Source of the DNA: Microscillaceae bacterium
GTDB taxonomy: Bacteria > Bacteroidota > Bacteroidia > Cytophagales > Microscillaceae
DNA: 64,000 bases
Assembly (NCBI GenBank): GCA_025054775.1
Contig: JANWZA010000030.1
Location: forward strand, 25,623-89,622
Reading direction: 5' to 3'
The notes under the pieces are model-generated. The model made no database searches. It was not told the DNA's origin and saw only the letters and a program-made list of their open reading frames with translations. Of this stretch, positions 8,235 through 17,426 are shown in pieces. Positions within the stretch are counted from its first letter, which is position 1. The number at the start of each line of letters is the position of its first letter. Both the position numbers and the translations under genes were made by a program.

Positions 8235-11200
8235 TTAAGATTTTGTTTCTTGTGTTTCTTCGGGTTCGCTCAAAGGTGTAAAGTGTTCATCTTTAATAAG
8301 TTGTCTGCCTTCAGCCATTTTTCCAAAAATGAAATATAGCCCTGGAATAACAATTACGCCAAAAACAGTTCCTATAAGCATACCACCTAAGGCAGAGGCT
8401 CCAATGGTGCGGTTGCCAATAGCCCCTGGTCCGTGGGCAATTACCAACGGAATTAGCCCTGCAATAAAAGCAAACGAAGTCATAAGGATAGGTCGGAAGC
8501 GTGCTTTTGCCCCTTCCAGCGCGGCAGTAAGGATAGGCATACCATCTTGATTTTTTTGTGCGGCAAATTCTACTATCAAAACAGCATTTTTGCCTAATAG
8601 CCCTACAAGCATAATAAGGGCAATTTGGGCATAAATATCGTTGGTTAAGCCAAACCATTGAATAAACAGAAAAGAGCCAAAAATACCCGCAGGCAAGGAG
8701 AGCAATACGGCAAAGGGCAAAATAAAACTTTCGTATTGAGCCGAAAGGATAAGATAGACAAAAGTAAGCACAATGAAAAAGATGTAAAGGGCTTCGTTAC
8801 CTCTGCCTACCTCGTCTTTGGATAGCCCTGCCCAATCAATATCGTAGCCTTGTGGAAGTGTTTTTGCTGCCACTTCTTGGATAGCTTGAATAGCCGTACC
8901 ACTGCTATATCCTTTGGCTGCCGCACACTGAATAGTGGCAGTAGTGTACATATTGTAACGGTTAATTTCGTAAATACCTTGCGTTTTTTTCATTTTCATA
9001 AACGAGGAGTAAGGCACCATCTCACCCTCTTCATTTTTTACGTATAAGTTCAACACATCAGAGGGCAACTTACGGAAGGAAGGTTCGGCTTGCACAAATA
9101 CCTTAAAAAAACGCCCAAATTTGATAAAACCAATTTCGTAGGTGCTGCCTATCAAGATAGCCAAGTTGTCTAAGGCTTTGCCGATAGAAACACCTTTTTG
9201 CATAGCTACTTTGTTGTCAATTTCTAATTCATATTGCGGATAGTCAGTTCGGTAGAAAGAGAAAAGAGAAGTTAATTCAGGTCGCTTTTTCAACTCGTCC
9301 ATAAAGCGCGTGGCGACTTCATCTAAACGCTTGTAGTCAATTTGAGTATTTTTGTCTAAAAGTTGTAAGGTAATCCCCCCTGCTGCGCCGTAGCCTGGAA
9401 TAGCGGGCGGGTCAAAAAATTCAATAGCGGCGCCTGGAATTTCTTTGGTTTTCTCCTCTAAATGATGTATTATTTCGCGTACCGAATGTTTACGTTTTTC
9501 CCAAGGTTGTAAATCAATTAAGCAAGTTCCCGAGTTAGAACCGCGCCCTTGTGTTAGGATTTCGTAACCTGCCAAAGAAGAGACCGATTTTACACCTTCT
9601 ATTTTAAGAGCAATATCTTGTAGCTGGCGGCTAATGGCGTAGGTTCGTTCCAAAGTAGAACCTGGCGGCGTTTGGATAACGGCATAAATCATACCTTGGT
9701 CTTCGGAAGGTACAAAACCCACAGGCAAGGTACGATTAACAAGCATAATCCCTACACAGAATCCTACCAAAAGTAGCACGGTAACGAAAGGTCGCTTGAC
9801 AGTCCTTCGCAAAACCCAAATGTATTTGCCTGTAATTTTTTCAAAAGACCGATTGAAAGCTCCCAAAAATCTACCTAACCAATTTTTTTTGTGGTGTGGT
9901 TGGTGGTGTTTGAGTATCATAGCACACAACACAGGCGTAAGCGTAAGGGCTACGACTCCCGAAATTACAATAGCTGATGCCATGGTGATAGAAAATTGTC
10001 GATAGAAAATACCCACTGGACCCGACATAAATGATACAGGCACAAATACCGAAGTCATGAGCAAGGTAATGGCAATAACGGCACCGCTAATTTCGTCAAG
10101 TACTTTTTTCACTGCTTCGTACACCGAAAGGTGAGGCTCTACTTCTAACTTGGCGTGTACGGCTTCTACCACCACAATCGCATCATCTACCACAATACCT
10201 ATGGCTAACACTAAGGCAAATAAGGTAATTAGGTTGATGTTGATACCAAAGGCTTGCATTACAAAGAAAGTACCAATTAAGGAAACAGGTACTGCCAAAG
10301 TAGGAATAAGCGTAGAACGCCAATCGCCTAAAAAGATAAACACTACCAAAGCCACTAAAATAAAGGCATCGCGAAGGGTATGTACTACTTCCTCAATAGA
10401 AGCATCTAAAAAGTTAGAAACATCATAGCTAATTTCGTATTCCATGCCCGGTGGGAAGGTCTTTTTCAACTCTTCCATTTTGGCTTTCACTTGTTTAATT
10501 ACTTCGGTAGCATTACTTCCGTAGGTTTGATTAAGCACAATAGCCGCAGAGGGAAATTGGTCTTTGTTAGAATAAATATCGTAGTACTCGCTGCCTAATT
10601 CTACCTCAGCCACATCACCCAAGCGAAGTAATTGTCCGTCAGGGTTTGCTCTCAAAATAATATCTTTGTACTGTTCGGGTTGGCTATATCGCCCTTGATA
10701 GGTCAAAACATATTCAATAGCTTCTGAGCGTCGGCTATCGGCTCGCCCCAACCGCCCTGGTGAACCTATTACACTTTGCTCACCCATTGCCTTCATCACC
10801 TCTTCCGTACCAATATTGTAAGCACGCATACGGTCAGGATTCAGCCACACACGCATAGAATACTGCCTACTGCCTAAAATTCGTGCCAACCCTACACCAT
10901 TTATCCGTTGCAATTCGGGTAACATTTGAATATAAGCATAATTGAAAATATACTTCATGTCGGCATTTTTGGTGTCTTTGCTATACAAGTTCACGTACAT
11001 AAGCATATTTGGCATGAGCCTTTGCACCACAATTCCTTCTAATTGTACCAAAGCGGGTAGTCGCATTTTCATTTGTTCAATGCGGTTGTTAATGTTTACC
11101 ACGGCTTGGTCAGGATCGCTTCCTAGATGAAATACCACCTGAATATTTGCCTCTCCCGAACTTGCAGCAGTAGAAAACATATATTTCATGCCTGGTACAC

Positions 11201-11411
11201 CGTTAATTGCCTGTTCCAAAGGAATAAGCACCGATTGAACCAATACTTCCGAACTTGCCCCTGGATAAGAGGCATAAACCGCAACCATAGGTGGAGCGAT
11301 TTCAGGAAATTGCGATTTGGGTAAATTAAAAATTGCCAATAAGCCCATAAAAACAATAATGAGCGAAACTACTATGGCAAGAGCAGGTCTGTGTATGAAT
11401 ATTTTGAACAT
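8235..11411 (-). CDS. RND efflux transporter permease (AcrB/HAE1 family)
   Basis: About 1058 aa starting MFKIFIHRPALAIVVSLIIVFMGL. It has 12-TM RND topology and conserved TM4 motifs (AIGIVVDDAIVVVE). Start trimmed from the track ORF to the canonical MFKIFI N-terminus. Confidence 0.9.
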   Translation of the reverse strand: MFKIFIHRPALAIVVSLIIVFMGLLAIFNLPKSQFPEIAPPMVAVYASYPGASSEVLVQSVLIPLEQAINGVPGMKYMFSTAASSGEANIQVVFHLGSDPDQAVVNINNRIEQMKMRLPALVQLEGIVVQRLMPNMLMYVNLYSKDTKNADMKYIFNYAYIQMLPELQRINGVGLARILGSRQYSMRVWLNPDRMRAYNIGTEEVMKAMGEQSVIGSPGRLGRADSRRSEAIEYVLTYQGRYSQPEQYKDIILRANPDGQLLRLGDVAEVELGSEYYDIYSNKDQFPSAAIVLNQTYGSNATEVIKQVKAKMEELKKTFPPGMEYEISYDVSNFLDASIEEVVHTLRDAFILVALVVFIFLGDWRSTLIPTLAVPVSLIGTFFVMQAFGININLITLFALVLAIGIVVDDAIVVVEAVHAKLEVEPHLSVYEAVKKVLDEISGAVIAITLLMTSVFVPVSFMSGPVGIFYRQFSITMASAIVISGVVALTLTPVLCAMILKHHQPHHKKNWLGRFLGAFNRSFEKITGKYIWVLRRTVKRPFVTVLLLVGFCVGIMLVNRTLPVGFVPSEDQGMIYAVIQTPPGSTLERTYAISRQLQDIALKIEGVKSVSSLAGYEILTQGRGSNSGTCLIDLQPWEKRKHSVREIIHHLEEKTKEIPGAAIEFFDPPAIPGYGAAGGITLQLLDKNTQIDYKRLDEVATRFMDELKKRPELTSLFSFYRTDYPQYELEIDNKVAMQKGVSIGKALDNLAILIGSTYEIGFIKFGRFFKVFVQAEPSFRKLPSDVLNLYVKNEEGEMVPYSSFMKMKKTQGIYEINRYNMYTTATIQCAAAKGYSSGTAIQAIQEVAAKTLPQGYDIDWAGLSKDEVGRGNEALYIFFIVLTFVYLILSAQYESFILPFAVLLSLPAGIFGSFLFIQWFGLTNDIYAQIALIMLVGLLGKNAVLIVEFAAQKNQDGMPILTAALEGAKARFRPILMTSFAFIAGLIPLVIAHGPGAIGNRTIGASALGGMLIGTVFGVIVIPGLYFIFGKMAEGRQLIKDEHFTPLSEPEETQETKS

Positions 11412-11436
11412 AATTTTGCAAAACGAAAAAGTTAGG

Positions 11437-12519
11437 TTATTCTGCGTGCAAACGCAAAGAAGTAATTGCCTTTTTGGGGGCAAGGTAGTCATATTTAATT
11501 TGGTCATTCTCGCGCACAAGGCGTAGCCCTTCCAACAAAATTTTATCCTGTTCGCTCAACCCACTCTGCACCACGTACAAATCAGGAAGTTCGGCTTCAA
11601 TTTTAATACGGCGTGAACGCAAACGATTATCTTTGTCCAATACATACACATACTTTTGGTCTAATACCTCAAAAGTAGCTTTTTGTGGAATAAGTAAGGC
11701 TTGTTTGAGCGGTACGGTCATAACAATATTGCCTGTTTCGCCATGCCGAAGTAGTGCATCAGGGTTAGGAAAAGTAGCCCTAAAAGCAATATTTCCTGTT
11801 TTGTTATTAAAATCGGCTTCAATCGTTTTTACAATGCCTTCGTGTTCATACATTTTATGGTTTGCCATTTTGAGCCGTACTTTAAGCGTACTATCACTTC
11901 TCGTGCTTTTTTTATAGTCTAAATATTCTGCTTCGGGTACATTGAAATACACCCACAAACTACTAATATCAGAGAGCGTAGTAAGCAAATCACCTTCGTT
12001 CAAAAGACTTCCTGAACGTACATAAAATCGGTTCATGTAGCCACTAAAAGGTGCGCGTATTTGTGTAAACCCTAACCGTACCTGCATTAGCTCTAACTCC
12101 GCTTTCGCTTTCTCCAATTTTGCCTTTGCCAATGCCAACTGCACAGGAGATATAACATTACTATCAGCCAAAATTTTCGTATTTTGGTATTCAATATCTA
12201 CATAATTTGCCTCTGCAAGTGCCTTTTGATACTCAGCTTTGTAAAGAATAGGCAAAATTTGGAACATTAACTGCCCTTTTTGCACAAATTTGCCCTCATC
12301 TACAAAAATATCTTGCAAATAACCTTTTTCCAAAGCACGCATTTCTATATGGTTAATAGCATGAATTTGGCAAACATACTCTTTCAAGATAATGGTATCC
12401 TGCCGAAGCGGACTTGTAACTAAAAACTTAACAGGTTTTTCACGAACTTCTTTTTTGGTTTCACAACTTACCCACAATAAGCAAGCTACCAACCCCAAAA
12501 GATTGACAATCTTTTTCAT
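11437..12519 (-). CDS. RND efflux periplasmic adaptor (MFP, HlyD/AcrA family) lipoprotein
   Basis: 360 aa with signal plus lipobox (LLWVSC), an alpha-hairpin (QLALAKAKLEKAKAELELMQ) and barrel-sandwich/beta-barrel motifs (IRAPFSGY). It lies 25 nt upstream of the RND gene. Confidence 0.9.
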   Translation of the reverse strand: MKKIVNLLGLVACLLWVSCETKKEVREKPVKFLVTSPLRQDTIILKEYVCQIHAINHIEMRALEKGYLQDIFVDEGKFVQKGQLMFQILPILYKAEYQKALAEANYVDIEYQNTKILADSNVISPVQLALAKAKLEKAKAELELMQVRLGFTQIRAPFSGYMNRFYVRSGSLLNEGDLLTTLSDISSLWVYFNVPEAEYLDYKKSTRSDSTLKVRLKMANHKMYEHEGIVKTIEADFNNKTGNIAFRATFPNPDALLRHGETGNIVMTVPLKQALLIPQKATFEVLDQKYVYVLDKDNRLRSRRIKIEAELPDLYVVQSGLSEQDKILLEGLRLVRENDQIKYDYLAPKKAITSLRLHAE

Positions 12520-12767
12520 AATTTTTTTGATTTTGATATAGGAGAATTTGAAAATCGGTCATAAAACCACTACTTTACTCTTCATTGAGCAGAAATTACT
12601 ATTTGTGCTTTCTCCAAAGAGGCACACACACCTACGACTTTTGCCGTATTTTCACAATTTGGGCAAGGAAAAGAACACACAACCCATAGAGCACAAACTC
12701 AATATCTTGTGCCATCAATAAATCCGTGTAGATTACTTAAAAAAAGAAAAAATTGTGTGAAATTAGC

Positions 12768-13136
12768 TTAACAACAAGCTACTTTGAGGTTATGAAATAG
12801 GAGATAAAGCGGTGCGAGGCAAAGCAAAGAATAGAGGACTTTGCCAATAGTTTTGAAGTAAAATAAAACAAATATTACAGGACGTATTGCAATACTTTCA
12901 GCGGATACAAAGTAAATGGGAGGCTCACCACCGTTGGCTTTTGCTCGTTTCTTGGTCTTTTGTAGGGTAGAAAGTTCCTCTGTTTTTTCAGTTTCCTCTT
13001 CCTCAGAGGTGTTTTCTGTACGTTCAGTTTTTGCTTTTTTGCTTTTTAGTTCAAATAAAGTGGTATTTTCTAACGTGGCAAAGCCCACGCAAGCAAAAAT
13101 ACACAAAAACAATATTTGATTAAAATACTTTTTCAC
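12768..13136 (-). CDS. hypothetical small membrane protein (N-terminal signal/TM, acidic linker, C-terminal hydrophobic segments)
   Basis: ORF-track entry trimmed to the GTG giving (M)KKYFNQILFLCIFACVGFA. It has a Glu/Thr/Lys-rich low-complexity middle. I recognise no family, and coding status is uncertain. Confidence 0.3.
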   Translation of the reverse strand: MKKYFNQILFLCIFACVGFATLENTTLFELKSKKAKTERTENTSEEEETEKTEELSTLQKTKKRAKANGGEPPIYFVSAESIAIRPVIFVLFYFKTIGKVLYSLLCLAPLYLLFHNLKVACC

Positions 13137-13280
13137 AAAAACCAAAATTTTACTCTTAACAACTCGCAAATGTATGTATTAGCGTTGTAAGCACAAAACA
13201 AATAACACTTTTTTTGCTAAAAAAATTCAAATTATTTCCTAATTGGCTAAATTAACGTGCTTTGTCCAAAAAATAAGTGC

Positions 13281-13966
13281 TTATTTCAAACTTGCAATAG
13301 TACGCAAATAATAAACAATTACCTCACAAAAACGCTTATACCTGCCGTCTTTTTCACGTTGTTGGTACTTTTCAATCTCTTGCAAAATTTTTTCCTTCCG
13401 AACTTTGTCATACAATTTCATGAGTTGCGTCAAGATAGCTTTGCGGAGGTCTTTCAGCCTTTCGGCATTCAGATTTAGCATTTCAATCGTTGCCAAAACG
13501 GTTTGCTGTTCAGCTGTAAGTTGGTGGTAATTGTCTTTGCATTGCTTGATAGTCCGAAACGTATTAGCAGGTACAATTTCCCCTAATGTGTTGTATCTGA
13601 AAAAGTTAGCACACCTCTTGTCAGACATATACTTGGGCATCAAGCGTTCTTGGCGTGTCAGTCGCAATGTTGTTGTTTAGGCGGAAGGCTGCGCGCATGG
13701 CTACACGTCAGGAACATATTGCTATAATTCAACTCCTCGTCCTTAAAAAACTCTCGCGGGTAAAAGTGCGTCAAGTAAGCCGTAGCCGCATCAATACTAT
13801 CCTGGCAATAGCAACACAAAAAGCCTTGGTCTTGCAAAAGTGCCAAAACAATATTTTTCAAAACATTTTCAGGAAGACTATCAAACGTAATTTTTACGTT
13901 CTTATTGCTCAATCCTTTTATAGAGGTGAGCGACATAGGTTCTGTGCTTTTTTCAATATATTTCAT
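13281..13966 (-). pseudogene. frameshifted HNH-type nuclease, TIGR02646/PtuB-like (two overlapping ORFs)
   Basis: ORF 13658-13966 carries LLQDQGFLCCYCQDSI...THFYPRE...YSNMFLTC...HCD. ORF 13281-13667 opens directly after a stop and continues with CANFFRYNTLGEIVP...TIEMLNLNAERLKDLRKAI. Together they look like one protein of about 225 aa, split by a 1-nt frame change within 13658-13676. Confidence 0.5.
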
Positions 13967-14024
13967 AATCTGTGTGCCAAAAATTTTAGGGATTTTTCTT
14001 ATTTTTTCAACATATTTATCTCTT

Positions 14025-14147
14025 GGGCGTTCCCTTCGCCCTTTTTGCTTCGCTCAAAGGGCTTCGGGGCGGGCTTTACAGGGCTTCGCTACCGCTTCGG
14101 TGCTTCGCACCAAACCCTTCGGGTTTGCCCTTTCAATCCCTAACGCA
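14025..14147 (+). repeat. GC-rich 123-nt hairpin-dense intergenic repeat, copy A
   Basis: 114/123 identical with no indels to 47408-47530 in the same orientation. The flanks are unrelated. It is built from GCTTCG/CCTTCG units, with stems such as AAACCC-TTCG-GGTTT and GCCCTTT-N11-AAAGGGC. Confidence 0.85.
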
Positions 14148-14151
14148 AAAA

Positions 14152-14714
14152 TTACCATAACGAAAAATTGATACTCAATTTGCCCATGTAGCCTTGCAAA
14201 ATATCAAAATTTTTCACAGGATAGAGGTAAGCCCCTTGCAAATTGATAAAAATATTTTGCCTTGAAAGCAAATGCACACCCAAAATGGGTGTAAAATGCC
14301 ATGACGTACCAAGTTGTGCATTGGATATTCCACCCGTTTCCAAGCCAAAATATGGAATAAGAAAAGTGCGTTTAGGGTTTCGCTCTATGGACATATCCAG
14401 CCCTACACTATAATACGTGAAAATATTTTTCACGTTCTCTTTGCTACTGTTCATAAGATGTAATTTACCATAAGCCCGCACATGGCTCGGACCTGTAGTT
14501 TCGTTTTGGCTCACATCAGCATAAAACAAAAACTCCACCACCATTCCCCTAAAAAATCCCAACGAGTCTTGGGCTTTGGGAAAGTAGAAACCATAGCCCA
14601 GCCCTGGCATAAAAGCCCGCCCAAAATCATAGTTAGGATTTTTTTCTCAGGAGTGGTTTGGGCTAAAACAGTGAGGGTGTATATGCCTAAAAACAAACAA
14701 AAAAGATATTTCAT
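14152..14714 (-). pseudogene. small outer-membrane beta-barrel protein, frameshifted at an A7 (plus-strand T7) tract
   Basis: The signal peptide MKYLFCLFLGIYTLTVLAQTTPEKK (frame of ORF 14511-14747) is joined to the barrel body ...NPNYDFGRAFMPGLGYGFYF...KLSINFSLW (ORF 14152-14610) only if the T7 run at 14639-14645 were T8. The C-terminal aromatic residue is typical of OMPs. Confidence 0.55.
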
Positions 14715-14762
14715 TACTGCAAAGGTTAGTTTTTCAAAAATTGACAAGGCAAAAAATTAGAA

Positions 14763-16184
14763 TTAAAAATTAGTTTTGAAGCCAATAATCAAAATATCAT
14801 CGGTTTGTTTTTGATCGCCTTTCCATGCCTCAATAGTTCGGTCAAGGATTTCCTTTTGCTCTGCAAAAGGTTTTTGGTGAATTTGAAAAAACAAGTCTCG
14901 CATATTTTTGCTCATAAACTTGCGGTTTTGGGGACCTCCAAATTGGTCAGGAAAACCATCAGTACTCATGTAGCCGTAGGTAGGGACACTCAAATCAATC
15001 GTTTGTGATGTAAAAAATTTACCTGTTTCCTTTGGATTGAAGCCTCCAATAGAAAATTTATCAGCTTGGGTTTCATAGAGTTGATTATTTTGGATATAAA
15101 CTAAAGTATTTTTTGCTCCTGCAAATTTGAGGATTTTTTCTTTTTTATGGATTACGCAAAAAGCTAATACCATGCCGTCTTTGTTTTGCGTTTCGCCTTG
15201 GTTGAGGGCTTTGTACACGTCATCATTCAATTTTTGCAAAATGAGTTCAGGATCTTCAAAACCATCAATCATTACAATTTGGTTCAAGAGCGAGTCGCCA
15301 ATCATACTCATAAATGCTCCTGGAACTCCATGCCCTGTGCAGTCAATAGCTGAAATAAAAACTTTATCAGGTGTTTCGTAAAACCAATAAAAATCCCCTG
15401 AAACAATATCTCTCGGCTTAAAGAGGACAAACAGGTCCTCAAAAGGTGCGCTCATTTCCTCAAATGGGGGAAGCATGGCTTCTTGAATGCGTTGAGCATA
15501 TTGGATACTACCTAAAATTTGAAGGTTTTGCCTGTGAATAGCCTCTTTTTGTTGCAGAATTTCATTTTTTTGGGCTTTAATTTCTTTGGTGCGCTCCTCT
15601 ACCATTCGCTCTAAGTTTTGGCGATAGTTTTCTATCTCCATAATATCACTGTAAGAGCGAAGCCCTGTGGTAATCGTAGTAAAAAGTTTTTTATCTGTAA
15701 GTTCTGTTTTATTTTTGTAATCGTTGATATCATATTTAACAATAATCTCCTCTTCAGGGGCTTGCCCAGGCTGCCCTGTTCGCAAAATAATTCTTACGAA
15801 TTGATTATTAAGTTTTTTTCTAATATTTTCCACTACTTCCAGTCCTGCGTGGTTATGTTCCATTACTACATCTAGAAAAATAAGAGCAACATCAGGATTT
15901 TTTTCCAAGAGTTCTATAGCTTCTCTTCCTGAATAGGCGTGAATAAACTCCAATTTCTTACCTTGATACTGATAATCCCTCAAGGCGAATTTGGTAACGG
16001 TATGGACTTCTTTTTCATCATCAACAAGCATAATTTTCCATACCTCTTTGTTAAAAGTGGCTTTTGTGAGGGGTTTATCTTCGGTCAAGTTATTCGCTTC
16101 AACCTTTTCTACCGAGGTTGGTTCGTCTGCAAATAGGTTATCGTCCTCGTCTGCAAAAAGTATATCATCTTGATTATTATTCAT
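14763..16184 (-). CDS. response regulator receiver fused to PP2C/SpoIIE-type Ser/Thr phosphatase
   Basis: REC motifs (IMLVDDEKEV...IFLDVVM...ILRTGQ...DYKNK), a coiled-coil linker, then PP2C motifs (SGDFYWF, AIDCTGHGVPGAFMS, STDGFPDQFG). Confidence 0.85.
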   Translation of the reverse strand: MNNNQDDILFADEDDNLFADEPTSVEKVEANNLTEDKPLTKATFNKEVWKIMLVDDEKEVHTVTKFALRDYQYQGKKLEFIHAYSGREAIELLEKNPDVALIFLDVVMEHNHAGLEVVENIRKKLNNQFVRIILRTGQPGQAPEEEIIVKYDINDYKNKTELTDKKLFTTITTGLRSYSDIMEIENYRQNLERMVEERTKEIKAQKNEILQQKEAIHRQNLQILGSIQYAQRIQEAMLPPFEEMSAPFEDLFVLFKPRDIVSGDFYWFYETPDKVFISAIDCTGHGVPGAFMSMIGDSLLNQIVMIDGFEDPELILQKLNDDVYKALNQGETQNKDGMVLAFCVIHKKEKILKFAGAKNTLVYIQNNQLYETQADKFSIGGFNPKETGKFFTSQTIDLSVPTYGYMSTDGFPDQFGGPQNRKFMSKNMRDLFFQIHQKPFAEQKEILDRTIEAWKGDQKQTDDILIIGFKTNF

Positions 16185-16216
16185 AGTAAACTTTATACCA
16201 TTAGGTTATTTTTTGG

Positions 16217-16245
16217 CAAATATACAAAAAACCGCTAATTCCAAA
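16217..16245 (-). promoter_or_regulatory. putative Bacteroidetes sigma-A promoter of the REC-PP2C gene
   Basis: The minus strand reads TTTG-N17-TATATTTG, with the -7 box ending 32 nt upstream of the ATG at 16184. This matches the established -33 TTTG / -7 TAnnTTTG consensus. Confidence 0.45.
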
Positions 16246-16559
16246 TTTTTTGGATAGTCTTTCACTTGCTTCCCTCTACATATCACCAAACAGAAAATTA
16301 GGTAGTGGTTCAAATGTATGAACATGTACGCGTGTTTTATATTCAAAAACAGTCAGTTTCCAACAAAAATTTCTTAGCTATATCAAACCATACAAATTCA
16401 TACTACTCCAAAATACTAATTGATTTCAAACCTGAAATTTCGTAAAACATTCCTATGTTTGCATTTCCATATTGCTATTGAAAAAATAAAAATCTCCAAA
16501 CTTTTTTCTTTTTTTTGTGTCTAATTAAGCAAAACATCTGACAATTTAATTTTCTAGCT

Positions 16560-17426
16560 ATGAAATTACCTTATCTACAATATGCTCAACAAATCATTCC
16601 CTCGCTCCATAACCAAAGACGTATAAGTTTTGATGTACATTACAATCCGAATTTGCCCAAGCCCTTGCCTGTTATCGTATTTATTCACGGCTTTAACGGC
16701 TTTAAAGACTGGGGCGCTTTTCCGCTTATAGCTGAATATTTTGCTGAAAATGGATTTGTATTTATCCGAATGAACCTCTCTCATAATGGCACTACCCCTG
16801 AAAATCCCACTGAAATTGTAGATTTAGAGGCTTATAGCATAGACAAGTTTAGCTATGGGTTAGACGATATAAAATCGGTAATTGATTTTTTGTATCAAGA
16901 AAAGGGATTATTAGCCGATGTAGTGAATTTAGATAAATTGACACTTATCGGACATAGCCGTGGGGGTGGATTAGCTATCATGAAAACTGCTGAAGATGAG
17001 AGAGTTAAATCACTAGTTACGTGGGCTTCTATTGCGGCAATTAACCACTTTTGGACCGAAGAGGTGGTGCAAAAAATTCAAACTGAGGGCATTTACTGGA
17101 TTACTCATGGACGTACCAAGCAAAGATTACCACTTGCCAAAGCCTATTATGATGATATTTTAGCCAACTATCATCGTATTGATTTCGCTCAAGTAGTACC
17201 TCGTTTGAAAGTACCTTGTATGTTCATTCACGGCTCTGCCGATACTACCTTACCTTTGGAAATGTTGTATAAGTTACATTCATATAAACCTGATAGCCAA
17301 ATACATGTCATAGAAAATGCTAACCATACCTTCGGAGCTTATCACCCTTACGATAAAGAGGAGCTACCCGAACATACCCAAGAACTGGTAAGAAAAACTG
17401 TTGAATTTTTACGTCAATTATCCTAA
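16560..17426 (+). CDS. alpha/beta hydrolase
   Basis: 288 aa with nucleophile elbow GHSRGG, an HG-type oxyanion motif (VFIHGFNG), and late Asp/His candidates (HGSADTT, NANHTF). Confidence 0.75.
   Translation: MKLPYLQYAQQIIPSLHNQRRISFDVHYNPNLPKPLPVIVFIHGFNGFKDWGAFPLIAEYFAENGFVFIRMNLSHNGTTPENPTEIVDLEAYSIDKFSYGLDDIKSVIDFLYQEKGLLADVVNLDKLTLIGHSRGGGLAIMKTAEDERVKSLVTWASIAAINHFWTEEVVQKIQTEGIYWITHGRTKQRLPLAKAYYDDILANYHRIDFAQVVPRLKVPCMFIHGSADTTLPLEMLYKLHSYKPDSQIHVIENANHTFGAYHPYDKEELPEHTQELVRKTVEFLRQLS

Noticed and set aside
8255-8280. 12-nt match (TTCGCTCAAAGG) between the 3' end of the RND gene and the GC-rich repeat
   Set aside because: About one 12-mer match to a 123-nt query is expected by chance in a 64-kb window on both strands. 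The surrounding sequence does not align.
13655-14171. Plus-strand ORFs 13655-14143 (162 aa) and 13905-14171 (88 aa)
   Set aside because: They run antisense to the HNH gene and then across the GC-rich repeat. They stay open only because the repeat lacks stop codons. The translated sequence is low-complexity (FGAGFTGLRYRFGASHQTLR) with no protein-like features.
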